A DNA stretch of 36,457 bases from Macrostomum lignano (lineage: Eukaryota), in the NCBI GenBank assembly GCA_002269645.1, contig NIVC01004741.1, positions 1 to 36,457 of the forward strand. The letters run 5' to 3'. The notes beneath the pieces were generated by a model, which was given only the letters and a program-made list of their open reading frames with translations, was not told the DNA's origin and did not search any database. The translations under genes and the position numbers were made by a program. How positions within the stretch are numbered: position 1 is the stretch's first letter; every line of letters starts with the position of its first letter. Below, piece by piece: positions 19,974 through 32,013 of this stretch.

Positions 19974-22900
19974 TAAATACTAAAGTTGGTGCGATGTTTG
20001 TCTGTTTGTCTGTTTGTCCGTTTGTTGCATAACTCCTCCCAGAATACTTGCAACTCAGCGTTGAAACTTATATGGGAAAACTGAAAATTTTCCGAGGATG
20101 GCTTTAGGCTATTTTAATCTTTCATTTTCAATTTTTAAGATCCCTAAAAATGCAGAAAACGGCGGTCTTGACCTTTGATAATCTTAATTGTCCCCTCTTT
20201 CTGCTTGGAGCTGAAAATTTGCATCAATTTTAGTGATTGCGCCATAAAATTTTTCTATCTTGGCAGTGTATTTTCTCTCCAGTAGTAGGTCGCGTTCTCA
20301 GTGGCTGCGTGTGTACACTTGAACCCTGGCTCACTGACTGACTTTATAGACAATTGCGCAATGATATGGCTACTGTTCAGTTTTTTATTAACTATAGGCG
20401 CCTTTTTATTACTGCCTCTTTTTACCAGGCAGTGAACGTACACCCAAGAGTTCAATGCTTGAAATCGGGCTTTTTAAAACGCTATCTGTTCAAAAGAGAC
20501 ATATTACTGGAAAGATCTTTCAATGCTGAGTTCGTGAATATAAGTTGTTAAGCTCAGTATAAAACAACGATTCTATAGTTTTAATTCTCATTAAATTCTC
20601 ATTCTCAGTTTTTTAATACTAATTTTTTAGCAAGTTAGTTAGGGCGTCAAAGTCCAAGGGGGTTCAATTGCCGCTGTGCATTGGAGGGGGGTTGCTGTGT
20701 ATTGGCGGGGAGTGGGTGGCTGTATATTGGAAGGTTCAGATTGCGTAGCCATACTGTTAACTTCAAAAACTTTAACTGATACTGACCTACTAAGAAATCG
20801 ATTACGCCACCAATTTGTTTTATTATCGGTGCCTTTAGTCAGTCAGTCCCTTGCAGTTGTAAGACTGACTGCTCTAATTTTTTTAGCTTAAAATAATCGA
20901 TATCTTTTATCACTTTTGCTCATCAGCTGCATGTACATGTCTTACCAAATGCACATTATCATATTTATTTTTTATTGACAAAAAGCAAGTACACTTGGCC
21001 TTTACTTAATGACTCGACTTTTCAATTCAGTTCTACAAGCGTATTTCATTCCATATCATAATAAATTTTTCTCAAACCTTCCGATTTGGTCGAACAGTGC
21101 TCTTTGCTTATTTATATTTGCATTATTTATTAATTATTATATTATTGAACAATCAAAATGCCTAAGCGAGGTCGAGGATGCCTTTCCCGCTCTACCCGTG
21201 CTGCATCGGAAGCCAAAAGGCGCAGGGCGTCGGAGACACCCGAGGAGCGTGCAGCGCGCGCTGAGCGGGAGCGGCAGCGTAGGGCCGAGAGCCGTGAGGC
21301 TGAAGGTGAAGTGCAGCGTCAGCATCGGCTCGAACAGGACCGGCTGCGGACTGCCGAAAGCCGTTTCGCCGAGGACGAGCCAGTCCATCTGCATCGCCTG
21401 GAGGCGCAGAGGCAGCGCACAGCCAAAGGCCGCGAGTCTTTTAATGACGCCAGCATCGGCTTGACCACGACCCGCTGCGTGCTGCCGAAAGTCATGATTC
21501 TGAGGACGAAGTGCAGCGCCAGTGTCGTCTTGAGGCGAGTCGTATGCGCACAGCCAACAGCCGCGATGCTGAAGACGAGGTGGAACGCCAGCATCGGCTC
21601 GACCAAGACCGGCTGCGTGCTGCCGAAAGTCGTAAAGCCGAGGATGAGGCGGTCCAACTGCATCGGCTGGAGGCGCAGCGGCAGCGCCATAATCAGCATC
21701 GCGCGGCTGAGTCCGCTGACGACCGCGAACGTCGTGTACAGACACAAGCAGAGTGGCGCCGAGACAGGTAAGGGTTCTTATATTTTATTCTACTAATATT
21801 ATGTGCAGCTTCTCATTCGCTGAAACCACCAATAAACTTTATGAATGTACGACTAGATTTTATTATCCATGTATGATTTATGATTAAAATTCTCTTTTTT
21901 CACTGTCACAGACTGCTGGAGCTGGCGCACCAGCCACATGTTCTCGGTCGCATGGACCGCCAATGTCCTCACTGCAGGGCGCTACGCTGGAAGGACGAGC
22001 CAGCTAGCATTTGCTGTCATGCTGGAAAGGTGAGTTAACATTTTTATTTTGGTTTACTCAAATTGCTGCCTTATTGATGCTTTGTTATACCGGTGACTGT
22101 ATAAAATGAATATTGTATAAAACCTTAGACCCGCCAATGGATTCATAAACAATTGCATGATTTGCTGCAGCCAGTCTCCACAAAAAGCTACTTGAGTATT
22201 TTTTTCACTGACAGACCGTCCTGGAGCAGCGCCGAGACCCGCCTGATGTTCTGAAGAGGCTGCTGACTGGCGAGCATCCGTTCAGCTCACAGTTCCTGAA
22301 AGACATCAGGAAGTACAACGGCGCGCTCCATATGACCTCGCTTGGTTCCAGGCAGCGTGAGCAGCCCGGGTGGAACCCGAGCTTCATCCTCCATGGTCAG
22401 ATGCACCATCGGATCGGCAGCCTGTTGCCGGACCCGGGGGATGCGGCCAGGTTCTGCCAGGTCTTCTTTGTGGACCAAGAGCTGCAGAACAGACTGCAAT
22501 GGACGGCTGGTCTCAACGAAATTCTGCTGCAGGAGCTGCAAGCTGTTCTGCATGACTGCAACAGCTACGTGCGCAGCCTGAAGTCCGCAGTCGACTTGCT
22601 GCGCAGCGACTCGCAGCTGCAGAGAGCCAAGGTCGTCATCAACCCCGATGCCCGCCCATCTGGGGAGCATGTCCGACGCTTCAACTTGCCCGAGTGCAGT
22701 GAGGTCGGAATCCTGACGGACCTTCACGCCTTTGGCCGCCCAGACCTGTTTCTGACGATGACATGCAACCCGAAGTGGCCGGAAATTCTGGCCGAGCTGC
22801 TTCCAGGGCAGACTGCCGTCGATCGGCCGGACATCACCGCCCGGGTGTTCGAGCTGAAAAAGAAGGCCTTCCTAAACAGGCTGAAGAGTCTGTTTGGAGA

Positions 22901-23723
22901 TACTCTGGCTCGAGTCTGCTCGCTGGAGTACCAGAAGCGAGGCAAGTGTGCTTTTAAGCTTTAAACTATAGCATTATCTATTGCATCCATAATTTCGTTT
23001 ATTTCAATAAAATTAAATTTTATCCACATCCAGGTCTTCCCCACGTGCACGCGCTGCTGTGGCTGGCGAACAAGCTGAAGCCGGATCAGTACGACGCCGT
23101 CATCAGCGCGGAGATCCCGGACCCTGTCGCCGACGCCGACCTGCATCAGCTGGTGGCGGAGAACATGTTGCACGGTCCCTGTGGACAGCAGCTCAACTCT
23201 GCCGCGGCGAGCATGGAGAAAGGCAGGTGCAGCAAGCGCTACCCAAGGAAGTTCCTGGCCGCCACAAAGGTAGAGGAGGATGGCTACCCGCATTACTGCC
23301 GCAGATCCGTCGAGATGGGCGGCTTCACGGTGACGAAGCTCGCAAAGCTGCGCGGCGGTCAAAGGGTGATGTTCACCTTTGACAACCGCTGGGTGGTGCC
23401 GTACTGCCCAGCGCTGCTGCGCGAGTTTCGCTGTCACCTGAATGTCGAGATCTGCGCGACAGTTCGGGCCATCAAGTACGTGGTGAAGTACATCACCAAG
23501 GGTAGCGACATGGCAGCATACCAGATCCGCAAGGAGTCGGCGGCTGCTGCGAATGCCAGCGCTGATTCGGCCACTGAAGGACCACTGGCGATCGCCGGTC
23601 CGTCCACGTCGATTGGGACTGCTGCTGCTGTTGCTGCGACTTCCGCAAAGCGACGCAAGATCGACGAGATCGACGAATACCTACTTTCTTCCCCTTTCTC
23701 CTCCATCGGAGGAGTTGGCCTCG
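19974..23723 (+). mobile_element. Rep-bearing Helitron, internally deleted (3.75 kb)
   Basis: Helitron 5' end, spliced Rep gene, 3' hairpin 23698-23714 + TTGGCCTCG. Confidence 0.88.
21158..23690 (+). pseudogene. Helitron RepHel remnant, Rep (HUH) domain only; exons ~21158-21767, 21912-22029, 22215-22941, 23034-~23690
   Basis: Charged repeat N-terminus; GRMDRQCPHCRALRW..CCHAGK; IRKYNGALHMTSLG..HGQMHHRIGSLLP; GRPDLFLTMTCNPKW (motif 1); EYQKRG|LPHVHALLW (HUH motif 2); MLHGPCG; DNRWVVPY..HLNVE..IKYVVKYITKG (motif 3). GT-AG introns 1 and 2, GC-AG intron 3; frameshift in exon 1. Confidence 0.92.
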
Positions 23724-23724
23724 T

Positions 23725-26700
23725 TGTTGTATAAAGCGGATTAGAAGGTGGATAATTACTAGTATCGAACAAACCGCACTCCACCTAGTCTTTAAACAAT
23801 GTCTCCTGAGGACTCGTCTCCGGGTCGGCCATAACCAATGCCAGGATCAAACTATCCGTATCTCCACCAAGCACGCGGGCAGAAGCAAGCGACCGATGGA
23901 ATTGAATCCTTGAATAGAAAAACTCGTAGACAAATGTTTTCGCGAGGTCCAGAATAGCGCTACCAATCAGAATTGGCTTGTTTAGCAATACTCGACGAGG
24001 AGTCAAACTCATGCCCGCTAGACGTTCTGTATACAGAATCACGTCCATAAATTCCTCTTTAGCGACATACGTTTCCAACTTCTCGGCAGTAGTACACATG
24101 CGATAGCTGAGTCGGTCTCGAACTCGCTGCAGAAACTTGCCGTACACAGCATTGTTCAATAGTTTAAAGAAATCTCGATCAAAATCGCTAGTCGCCTCAG
24201 ACCGCCGAAGAATATTATGTTCAATGTATTCCTGTAGGATAGGACCTTCTACGAATTCGAGAACACGATTAACACGCGTCACGCGCATGCCTAACTCGAG
24301 GTAAAGACGCGATGCTCGATGATGTACTATGTACCCTGTGTTATGAGTAACAGAACCAATTAGTTTCCTTGTCGGAGAAGTGAATCGCTTTACGTCCTCG
24401 TATACCTCCGCATTCCTCTTCCTGGGATCAAGCTGGCGTTGCAGACAAACCCAATCCTGCTTCATATGCTCGGTTAAATAGGCACTATCAATTCTTTCAT
24501 GGCCAATAACCAGAGGTAGATCGGCAGTTGAGTCGTGCAAAAACTTTGGATAGTAAAGATCGACATTTAATAACGCCCCTCGTCCATTCTAGCAATAGCT
24601 AGACAACCAAGCCAAAAACTTGCTCGACTTGTTCGGATTTTCCAACTCAGCTGCCTCATCATCAACTGATAGATTTTCAATCACTTCACGGGGCAACCAA
24701 CGATAGGCCTTATACGGTAGTGCCTGCACCATACCACTGGCTTAAAGAGAATTAGCATCAAGGTAGGCCAAGTGAGTGCCATACGGTGCATTCCGCCGTA
24801 GTTATCTTAAATCGTCGTCGTCGTCATCCAGCTGCCGACGGCATTCTTCTACCAATGGGTTATTTGCCGTAGTAAGATGACGAGTGCCGAAACTGAACCC
24901 ACCTCGAATCGAAGCTTCAACCTCGGAGTACATACGAGCGTCTGTAAACAACTCGATCGGCTTCTTCACCTTCAACAGACACGCAGCCAGACTATACATT
25001 GGCGATCCGAGAAAATGACACACATCCAAACCGTATTCTCGAATTGCAGTCCGACGAAAACTCTCAAATACGTCGCATAACAGTAGTACATCCAACAGCA
25101 AATACACAGTCAGATAGTCACGCAAATTGGCACAATCAAACTCTTGCCAACTCTGCTGAGCGCGTGTGTACTCCTCCTTAGAACACTCTTACCGGGTCAT
25201 TGCGTCGTAAAACAAATCTCGCGATGGCAGTTCAGTCACACTGTCCAACTTCTCTTCAGAGTCCAAGTAACAATACGGAAACACTCCCTTCTGCTGCAGA
25301 GTAGACAGTTGGAGTTTAGGATAAACATTCAGCAAATCCCGACAGTGTACCAACTGTTCCTGCGTCAAACGGTTAGCCAGACTAGCTAGACTTGTCGACA
25401 AGTACGCAAACGTGTCCTTGAAGCAGATTTCAAGCCAAACAAAATTCTTCTTCTGCTTTTGTTGCTGCGGCCGTTGACTGCCAGCCAGCGGTACCTTGAA
25501 CTTTAATGAAAACGTCTTAAACCGTTCCCTCGACTCGGGCAGAACGTGCAGTTGAACGTCGTCTTCTCCACTAAACACATTGTACACCTCACGAACAATT
25601 ATTTTACCGTCATATCCTCGAAGATTGTGCAGGTAGACGATAATTCGATAGCGCTGCAGGGCAAGTTTTCGATTGCACGACATGCAGGCCATTCCACGTG
25701 GAAGACCACTCAAATGACAATGATCCCAGACTTGAGACTCGCGACGACAGACGTAGCATCGATCTGCGCTAGGACGCTGACCTAGATACTTTCTAAGCAT
25801 TGGTCTATAAGTCATCTTGCTAGTCGCATTAGTTACTTCGAATGCAAGCTCGCGCAGAGCCAAGAGAAACCTGCAAATACAATATGTTGTACCAGGCGTA
25901 GAATAAAACAACTTGCATGGAGTATTGTATCTGCGCAACAAATCCTCCCTCGTTACACTATCCAAATCCGGATCGACAACCAAACGAAAGGCCACACAAA
26001 CGGGCACGTGAATTTGTAAAACACGGCTGTTAGCCGTAGGCGCTGGCAGGCCCTTGACGAGGCCCGCCGATGCCTTTTCAACAGGTACAAGTAGACTCTC
26101 AATATCAGCATAAACCAAATACAGCGGCGGCAGTCGAGTCTCGTAGGCTGAAAAAGACAAAAGTGCCTTGCCCTCCTCTGGTAAAACCTCCTCCGTGACT
26201 GGCTTTGGCGTTCGAATGAAGCCGCCGCCACCGCCGCCTGGTTGCTCCTCCGTCGTCTGGCCACACACGTTCTTTCAAGATATAATCCCAAGACGTGGTG
26301 TGAATAAAGCTCGCCAGACATTCAGGACAATAGCGCCGGCGTTTAGCACGAGAACTCAACAGCCTATCCAGATTTAGCACCGCCATGTAGTGTCCATACT
26401 TGAATTCTGCGTAAGGTGGTATGAACAGACAATTGACTGGCGCAAGGTCACCAGTGGAACGACGGAAATTAAAAAACAGCACGGCAGTATTCGTGGCATG
26501 GCTCCAGACAAACACACGCATCAGTCTAATTCGAGGGTTCAGCCGGCAAAACTTTCTGTAGCTCCCAATTGAGTGACGAGTCACTCCGGCGCGCGTAAAT
26601 CGAAAGCTTTTCAGCCAAGGCCTGTAAGACGCCTTTCGCCTTTTACGGGCTTGCCCTTCGACCTGTGAGGAAAAGACGCTTGACACGACAGCATACATAA

Positions 26701-27721
26701 AACAATCATACTTATCTGCTCGGTGCGGGCGTAGAAACAAAACCGCTCCCGGCATACGACCAACAGCCAGTGGAACGCGGAATGGAACGGAACGGATCGG
26801 TGCGGATTCTGTTGGACCGCCGCCCGCCTGCGCGCCCGCCGCCGCCGCCGCCGCCACGCCCGCCGCCAACACCACCGCCGCCCCGCAACCCGCTCCCCAC
26901 ACGTCCTGCTGCTGCTGCCGACGACTGCTGCTGCTCGACTGTAGTAGTAGATATTTTCGGCAAAATATGCACAGCATAACGTCGACCTTGACAACGGTGA
27001 GGAACTTCCAGTTGCTACCTCGGGACTGAAAGTTGTCTAATTTAGCTACCAGATCGTTTGTTGCCTCGCTGTACCATTGGTTGAAAACGTCCTCAGAGAG
27101 AAGAAGTACACGGTGGCCGGCGGCTGGAGCATTCGCATCAAAGGAGACCATAACGACTTTGGAATTGAAGAAGGGCGCGATTACTTCTACCTCTTCGTTG
27201 TGGGGGGATTCACCAGCAGCAGTGTCATTGGCGGGGGGATAACGAGTACGATACATTTTTACATTAGGATGTATACATGTACGGAGTAAACAGTCCGCAG
27301 ATCCGAGAGAGTGAAAAAGACGGAAAAGTGGGACTTGCAGTTGTGGAAGTAACTCGCTGGGTGGTTCGGTCTCGCCATCGTCCTCGTCCAGCAGTGGCGT
27401 GAACGTCAGAAAATTCGCCCGACCTCGGTGTGCGGACTCGGTATGTTGTACCGACCAGCCTGGTGGAGTGTCCTCTTCGATTAGCCGACGCACTGGTTCT
27501 CGAAGTAAAAGTTGGTCTGGTTGATAGCACGAGTCATTGTGCGAGTGCCCATGGAGGGCGGCTTGACTGTTGAATCTCTGCCGGCACACGGGGCATCTGA
27601 TTTGTTTCGTCGTCGACGGCGGCTGGAATGTTGTTAGCAATTGTTGGCGATGGGGTGGTTGTGATAATCGCCTAAATAGTTTGCTCGGTGGCAAAAATAA
27701 GGAAGGAATGCACAGCCTCAA
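23725..27721 (-). pseudogene. polB: Protein-primed PolB, N-terminal and central part
   Basis: C2H2-like CPVC..HGH; CFMYAV; GHYMAV..RYCPECL; Exo VYADIES; EndoVII-like DHCHLSG..RG..CMSCN; HNLRGYDG; KGVFPY; DVLLLCDVFE; RGGFS; YLDANSL*; KLLNNAVYGK; GGDTDS; FDTSNYPPSNPLY. Several frameshifts and stops. Confidence 0.95.
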
Positions 27722-28093
27722 GTTTGGTGGAACAGTCCGAAAATGTCCTCCGCCGCGTGGTTAAACTGTATTTTACTTTGCAGAGATACAATTATGTAGA
27801 CAATTTGAATATTTGGGAATGAACAGAAGGCTGGTAAGTAGTAGGTCGTCGATGGTGGTTGAAAGAATAGGATCGTATAACTTAGTCAATGGTTGTGTTT
27901 TTAGGGGTCTGCAGCAGTTCGAATGGATCATCATGATAAACAAAAAATAGTTGGGTACGCATGGGAATTTTACCTTCAGGTACCAGGGGGTAGTAGTGGT
28001 AGGTGGTGTTTTTTTCAACTTGGTAGGGGCTCGATTGAATTTAGGTGTTTATTACTACAGCAGAAAATCGTTGTTGTTAATATCAAGTGCATG

Positions 28094-28859
28094 TCAGAGC
28101 TCACGACGAATGATGCCGCCAACAAGATGGGCTAGATCGGTCGTAGATGTATCCGATCTGATTAGAATTTCGTGTACGTTCGAGTAGTCCTGGTAGTGGC
28201 GTGTAAACGCCTCGTCTAGCGATCGTAGATAGTCCAGGGAGATGCCAGTCTCCTCACCGCTGCGTCCGCGCTGGGCGATGCGTTGAATGGCCAACTCCGG
28301 GTCAATGCGCAGTAAATAAGAGTCATGTTCGCGCCGGTAAAGGGTACCTCAGTCGCTTCGAGGACGGCTAGTTGGCGCTGAGCAATCACCCATTCGGCGT
28401 CAGACAGCGAGCCTTGACGGTGTAGTACGTCTTGGAACGCTCGAGCCGACCCGAGGGTTGTTGGTTAACCTCATTCCGGACCTGGGTGGTAACACAAGGT
28501 TGGCAAAAGTAGCTATACCGTGTTGTCTTTCGACATTGGTTGTACATGTAGTAGGAGCTATACAAAAGGAATTTCTAGCTACTATAGTACCACTTACTTT
28601 GCTGTCTGTCGAGCAAGTCGTGGGAGACGTGCTGTTGGAATGCGACGGCCGGAAGCTCGCCTCGATAGAATGACTGAAGCAGATTTACCGAGTCCGGGAG
28701 GAGCGGGTGTCGCGCGTACTGGTGAACAGGCTCGGGACCGAAGACGGCTTTGTCGGCCCAACCCTCGAGGCGGGAGGTGAGAGCCAGTTCTCGAAGCAAC
28801 GTCGACTTCCCGGCACCGATTACGCCCTCCAGGAGAAAAATGCGAGACTGGCTCGTCAT
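28094..28859 (-). pseudogene. Deoxynucleoside kinase (dNK/dGK family)
   Basis: IFLLEGVIGAGKSTLL (P-loop), EPV, FQQHV, then RIAQRGRSGEETGISLDYLRSLDEAF (lid); stop at 28575 and frameshifts. Confidence 0.87.
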
Positions 28860-29430
28860 ATTGGCTAGAATTGGAACAAATTCTGGTTTCGGAGCGGCTT
28901 CCTGACACAATTGTTGAACAATGTTGATCATTTCTAAAATCTGGCTAGTAGTCTCTGCACCTATTATAACGATCTTAAGGGAATGAAAAATATTGCACAC
29001 CGTCCTATTGAGTGGAGCAGTACTACGGAGGGTGATAGCTTGTGGGAATATCTCCGCGTCGTAATACAGCCGAGCTGTGTGAAAAGGCCCGATAAAGTTT
29101 TTCAGGGTCGAAAATTTGAGTCCAGGATAGTGGAGCAGACCAACGGTTGTAGAGCTGATTATACGAATCGATGTTTTGATTAGTTTAATTACTTTAAGGT
29201 GTATGAAATTCAGGGCACGTAGAAGTTGGACTCGGGATCTACAGCCATAAAGCGTGAGTAGTCCTCCGGGGTAGAACTGACATGAAAATTGGGGCAGTCC
29301 GATACGAAGCATACTTGGCTTGGCGGAGTATAATTTGGAGGGGATTCCCGCCTGGCCTAGACGTTTTTTAGCCTATTTAAATCTAACTTTTCTCCTGGAG
29401 GGGTACTCGTTCTGGCTTGCACTATTAGTA
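28860..29430 (-). pseudogene. TATA-binding-protein-like (two TBP repeats), in frame with dNK
   Basis: Repeat 1: LIVQAR..KLDLNRL..MLRIGLPQFSCQFYPGGLLTLYGCRS; repeat 2: IRIISSTT..YYDAEIFPQAITLR..VCNIFHSLKIVIIGAET. Compare TBP YEPELFPGLIYR..LLIFVSGKVVLTGAK. 1-nt deletion in the A6 run (29364-29369). Confidence 0.72.
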
Positions 29431-29666
29431 GGACCAATCTCTGAAAAGAATAAATACGAGAAAAAATTCAGTATAACAGTTAAGATTTTTATATATTTCT
29501 TGGTGATGCGTTTCCGTTTACGGAGAATGGTAGTTAGAGTTATAGGTATAGCTTCCCGCCACCAAGTGAACGCTAACGGTTTGCCAGTTGCCTTAGTTCT
29601 GCTATGAAGCCTATGATACTACCATGAAAAACCTAGACTTCAAAGAAAAAGCTTTATTGTAGACCC

Positions 29667-30098
29667 TCACTGTGCGAAGACTTCATCATCTTCGCTGTCC
29701 ATGGGCTCCGTCGAGGCCCCCGAGTCCACGTCCCCTAGCGCTGGGTTGGAGGCTACAGCTTTACCCGCTTTGGGGACAGTATTGGTAACACCGCTTACAA
29801 GATCTTTGACGGGAGTCGCCGTGATCCAGTCCTCAGCTGCTGCTGCTGCTGCTCCAGTCGTCTTGGTGGGGCGTTTGGCGGGGCTGCGACGAGTTGGGCC
29901 TTGTCGTCGTTTTCGTCCGCTAACTGGTTTCACTAGCGTCGTCGTAGTTGTTGACTCTTCTTCCTCAGTTGCGGTGGTGGCGGCGATTGAGTCGACGTAG
30001 TTGGGATGTGAAACCGCAAAGCTTGGGCTAGCATCGGCAGGTGTTTCGGGTCGTCGTCGACCAGTGTCAGCGAGCGAAGGGCGAGGCCGAGGCGCCAT
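29667..30098 (-). CDS. Hypothetical low-complexity protein (143 aa, T/A/P-rich, basic NLS-like patch, acidic tail)
   Basis: ATG-started open ORF co-oriented with element B. Confidence 0.45.
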   Translation of the reverse strand: MAPRPRPSLADTGRRRPETPADASPSFAVSHPNYVDSIAATTATEEEESTTTTTLVKPVSGRKRRQGPTRRSPAKRPTKTTGAAAAAAEDWITATPVKDLVSGVTNTVPKAGKAVASNPALGDVDSGASTEPMDSEDDEVFAQ

Positions 30099-32013
30099 GT
30101 CTTGCTTTCCTTCTGACGATAAAGACTTGTGAGCTGAACGGATAGGTGGTAAAGACCGCTAAGTCCCCTCAGCTCGCTTGTGTCAACTTTACGCGGGTGT
30201 TGATTAGGCAGTGCTCGAAAGGTGAAACATGGTAGTGTAGGTTTTATGGCAACACACTAGGCAAAGCCCAGGTCGCCTTCCTCGGTGGCGCGGGAGATGC
30301 GAAGCAGCGGCATCGGATCGCCTATTTGCTTTAGTTTGATAGCTGTAAGACTTTTCTCTCGGGCCTCGGTTATGCTTCTCTCTCGTAGTCGTCTAGCGGT
30401 CTTGTTGGATTACTTTTGCGTCTTCGAAGCCTAAGAGAGCTTACAACAAGAGATCGCTACTAGGCTGCTTATTACTCGCGCCTACGGCACAAATGATGAA
30501 GATTAAGTAAACTCAAGGGTTTTGTGAAGTGCATATGACTTCCAGACTTAACTCTGACTCTTTTCTCCGTTGCCCATTTCGGGGGCCGAGGCCGTGTCTA
30601 TTATATAGATTATTTGATACACGTCATCCCCCGCCGCTGATTAGCCACGGCGGGGTGTCCAAAACAGACGCAGCAACATTAGATTAGCGCGTTGCTACGG
30701 GGCGAGAGAGATAATCTGCTATCGGTTAATTGGTCGCATCAGGCGATGGTTAAAGGTCAGTTCAGGGTTCATCGTTCGAGTCGATTCGCACGTCAGACCC
30801 CTCGTGCGTCCCTCGGTGAGTCGTCCTCTTATTCCCTGGGGTCGTTCGTCACCGCTGACCTTGGCCTGTTGACCATTGCTTTATCTCGCCCGCCAGTCGG
30901 GCTTTGTGTCGTATTGCTTCTCCTGGCACCGCGCCGACTGGCTCTGCCTGGTACCTCGGCCGATTTGATATCATCTGGTTTTAGTCTGAAATCTTGGGGG
31001 AAAGTCAAAGTTAGTTTCTTATCTATAGCTTATTTCACTTTCTTGCCGTTCTTTAATTTCTCTCACTTAGGTGTCTTATCTTTAAATTGAACTTTCGCCC
31101 CCTGTTTTTTGCTTCTTACTTTGCCCTTTAGCGAACTCTTATTTGTCCCAACTTTCATAATTTCTAATCCCTATATTATTCCCCCTTTTTTTGAAATCCT
31201 TGTGTAACGAGGATTAGTCTTCCGAGTCTGAAATGAAATGCACATAATAATATTAACGATATAGGGTTAGAAATTAAAATTAGCCAAGTGATTAATTGAT
31301 TATTAATGATTGATAGTGCTATGTACGAGTATTAGATTGATATTGCTATGTACTATGTGAAGTGTGTCAGTTAGTTAATTTGTTGCAGCGTCGCCTTCAT
31401 TCATTCCTCATCCAGGGGCGCCCAGTAGGGTTTACGCCAGACAAACAGGCGTCGGGTTTGCAGTGTCGGCCATGAATCGTCAGGGGTGGGGGCGTAGTTG
31501 CCCCTGGCCATTCTTTTCTGGGGAGTCTAATGACTCCCCCTTCGGGGTCCGACGTTCCGGCGGCCACTGAGCGTCCCCCGTCAATGTCTTCTGGCGTCGC
31601 TTGCGTTTGGGCGTCTGCCTTGTAACAAGGCTGCCCGTGTATGTTGACATCCCTAAATCGGGTGCCTGGTCGCCTCTGATAGGCATCGTGTGCTGAATAG
31701 GGGCGCAACTCGTGGTCAGCCATTGCGCTGGAATGATTTTTTCTAAGTTAGATTCTGTGTGGCAATGTACAGCCTGAACTATTTTGATGTACGCTAGTGG
31801 ATTTCAGGGGCCTCCGCTGTTGTTTATCGCCCTTTCCCTCTTGGGGGGGGGGGGTGGCGGTTGTGGGCCGATCGATTTTTTATTAGGGGGGGTTCCCTCC
31901 ACTGTGGCTGGTATAAGTGTTAATTGAGAGGGAGTCCCCGGCGCTGGCAAGTGTTGGATATAGAATTTGACTGCTTATACTGTCTACGCTTTTGCGGGAG
32001 TGACGTTGGCACT

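Larger units (their letters stand above)
9070..23724 (+). mobile_element. Tandem Helitron array (14.65 kb) inserted in polB
   Basis: Repeated 5' ends TC..TATACTAAAG..(TGTC)n and repeated 3' ends CTCCTCC-nnn-GGAGGAG..CTCG; the last unit encodes Rep; the flanks rejoin in frame. Confidence 0.88.
4978..30100 (-). mobile_element. Polinton/Maverick-like element B, degenerate, interrupted by a Helitron array
   Basis: Co-oriented ATPase, PLA2-like, dUTPase, pPolB, dNK and TBP-like genes; (AGT)n-type terminus at left. Right boundary not identified; capsid, protease and integrase genes not seen. Confidence 0.8.

Noticed and set aside
11841-20053. Long Leu/Ser-rich minus-strand ORFs (e.g. 11841-12629, 14152-15168, 19232-20053)
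   Set aside because: Translation of GA-rich low-complexity tracts that lack stops by composition.
23785-23789. CTAG-T as a canonical Helitron 3' end
   Set aside because: PolB homology (GLFDTSNYPPSNPLY) continues to 23725, so this is only a nonsense codon in polB; the real end is at 23723/23724.
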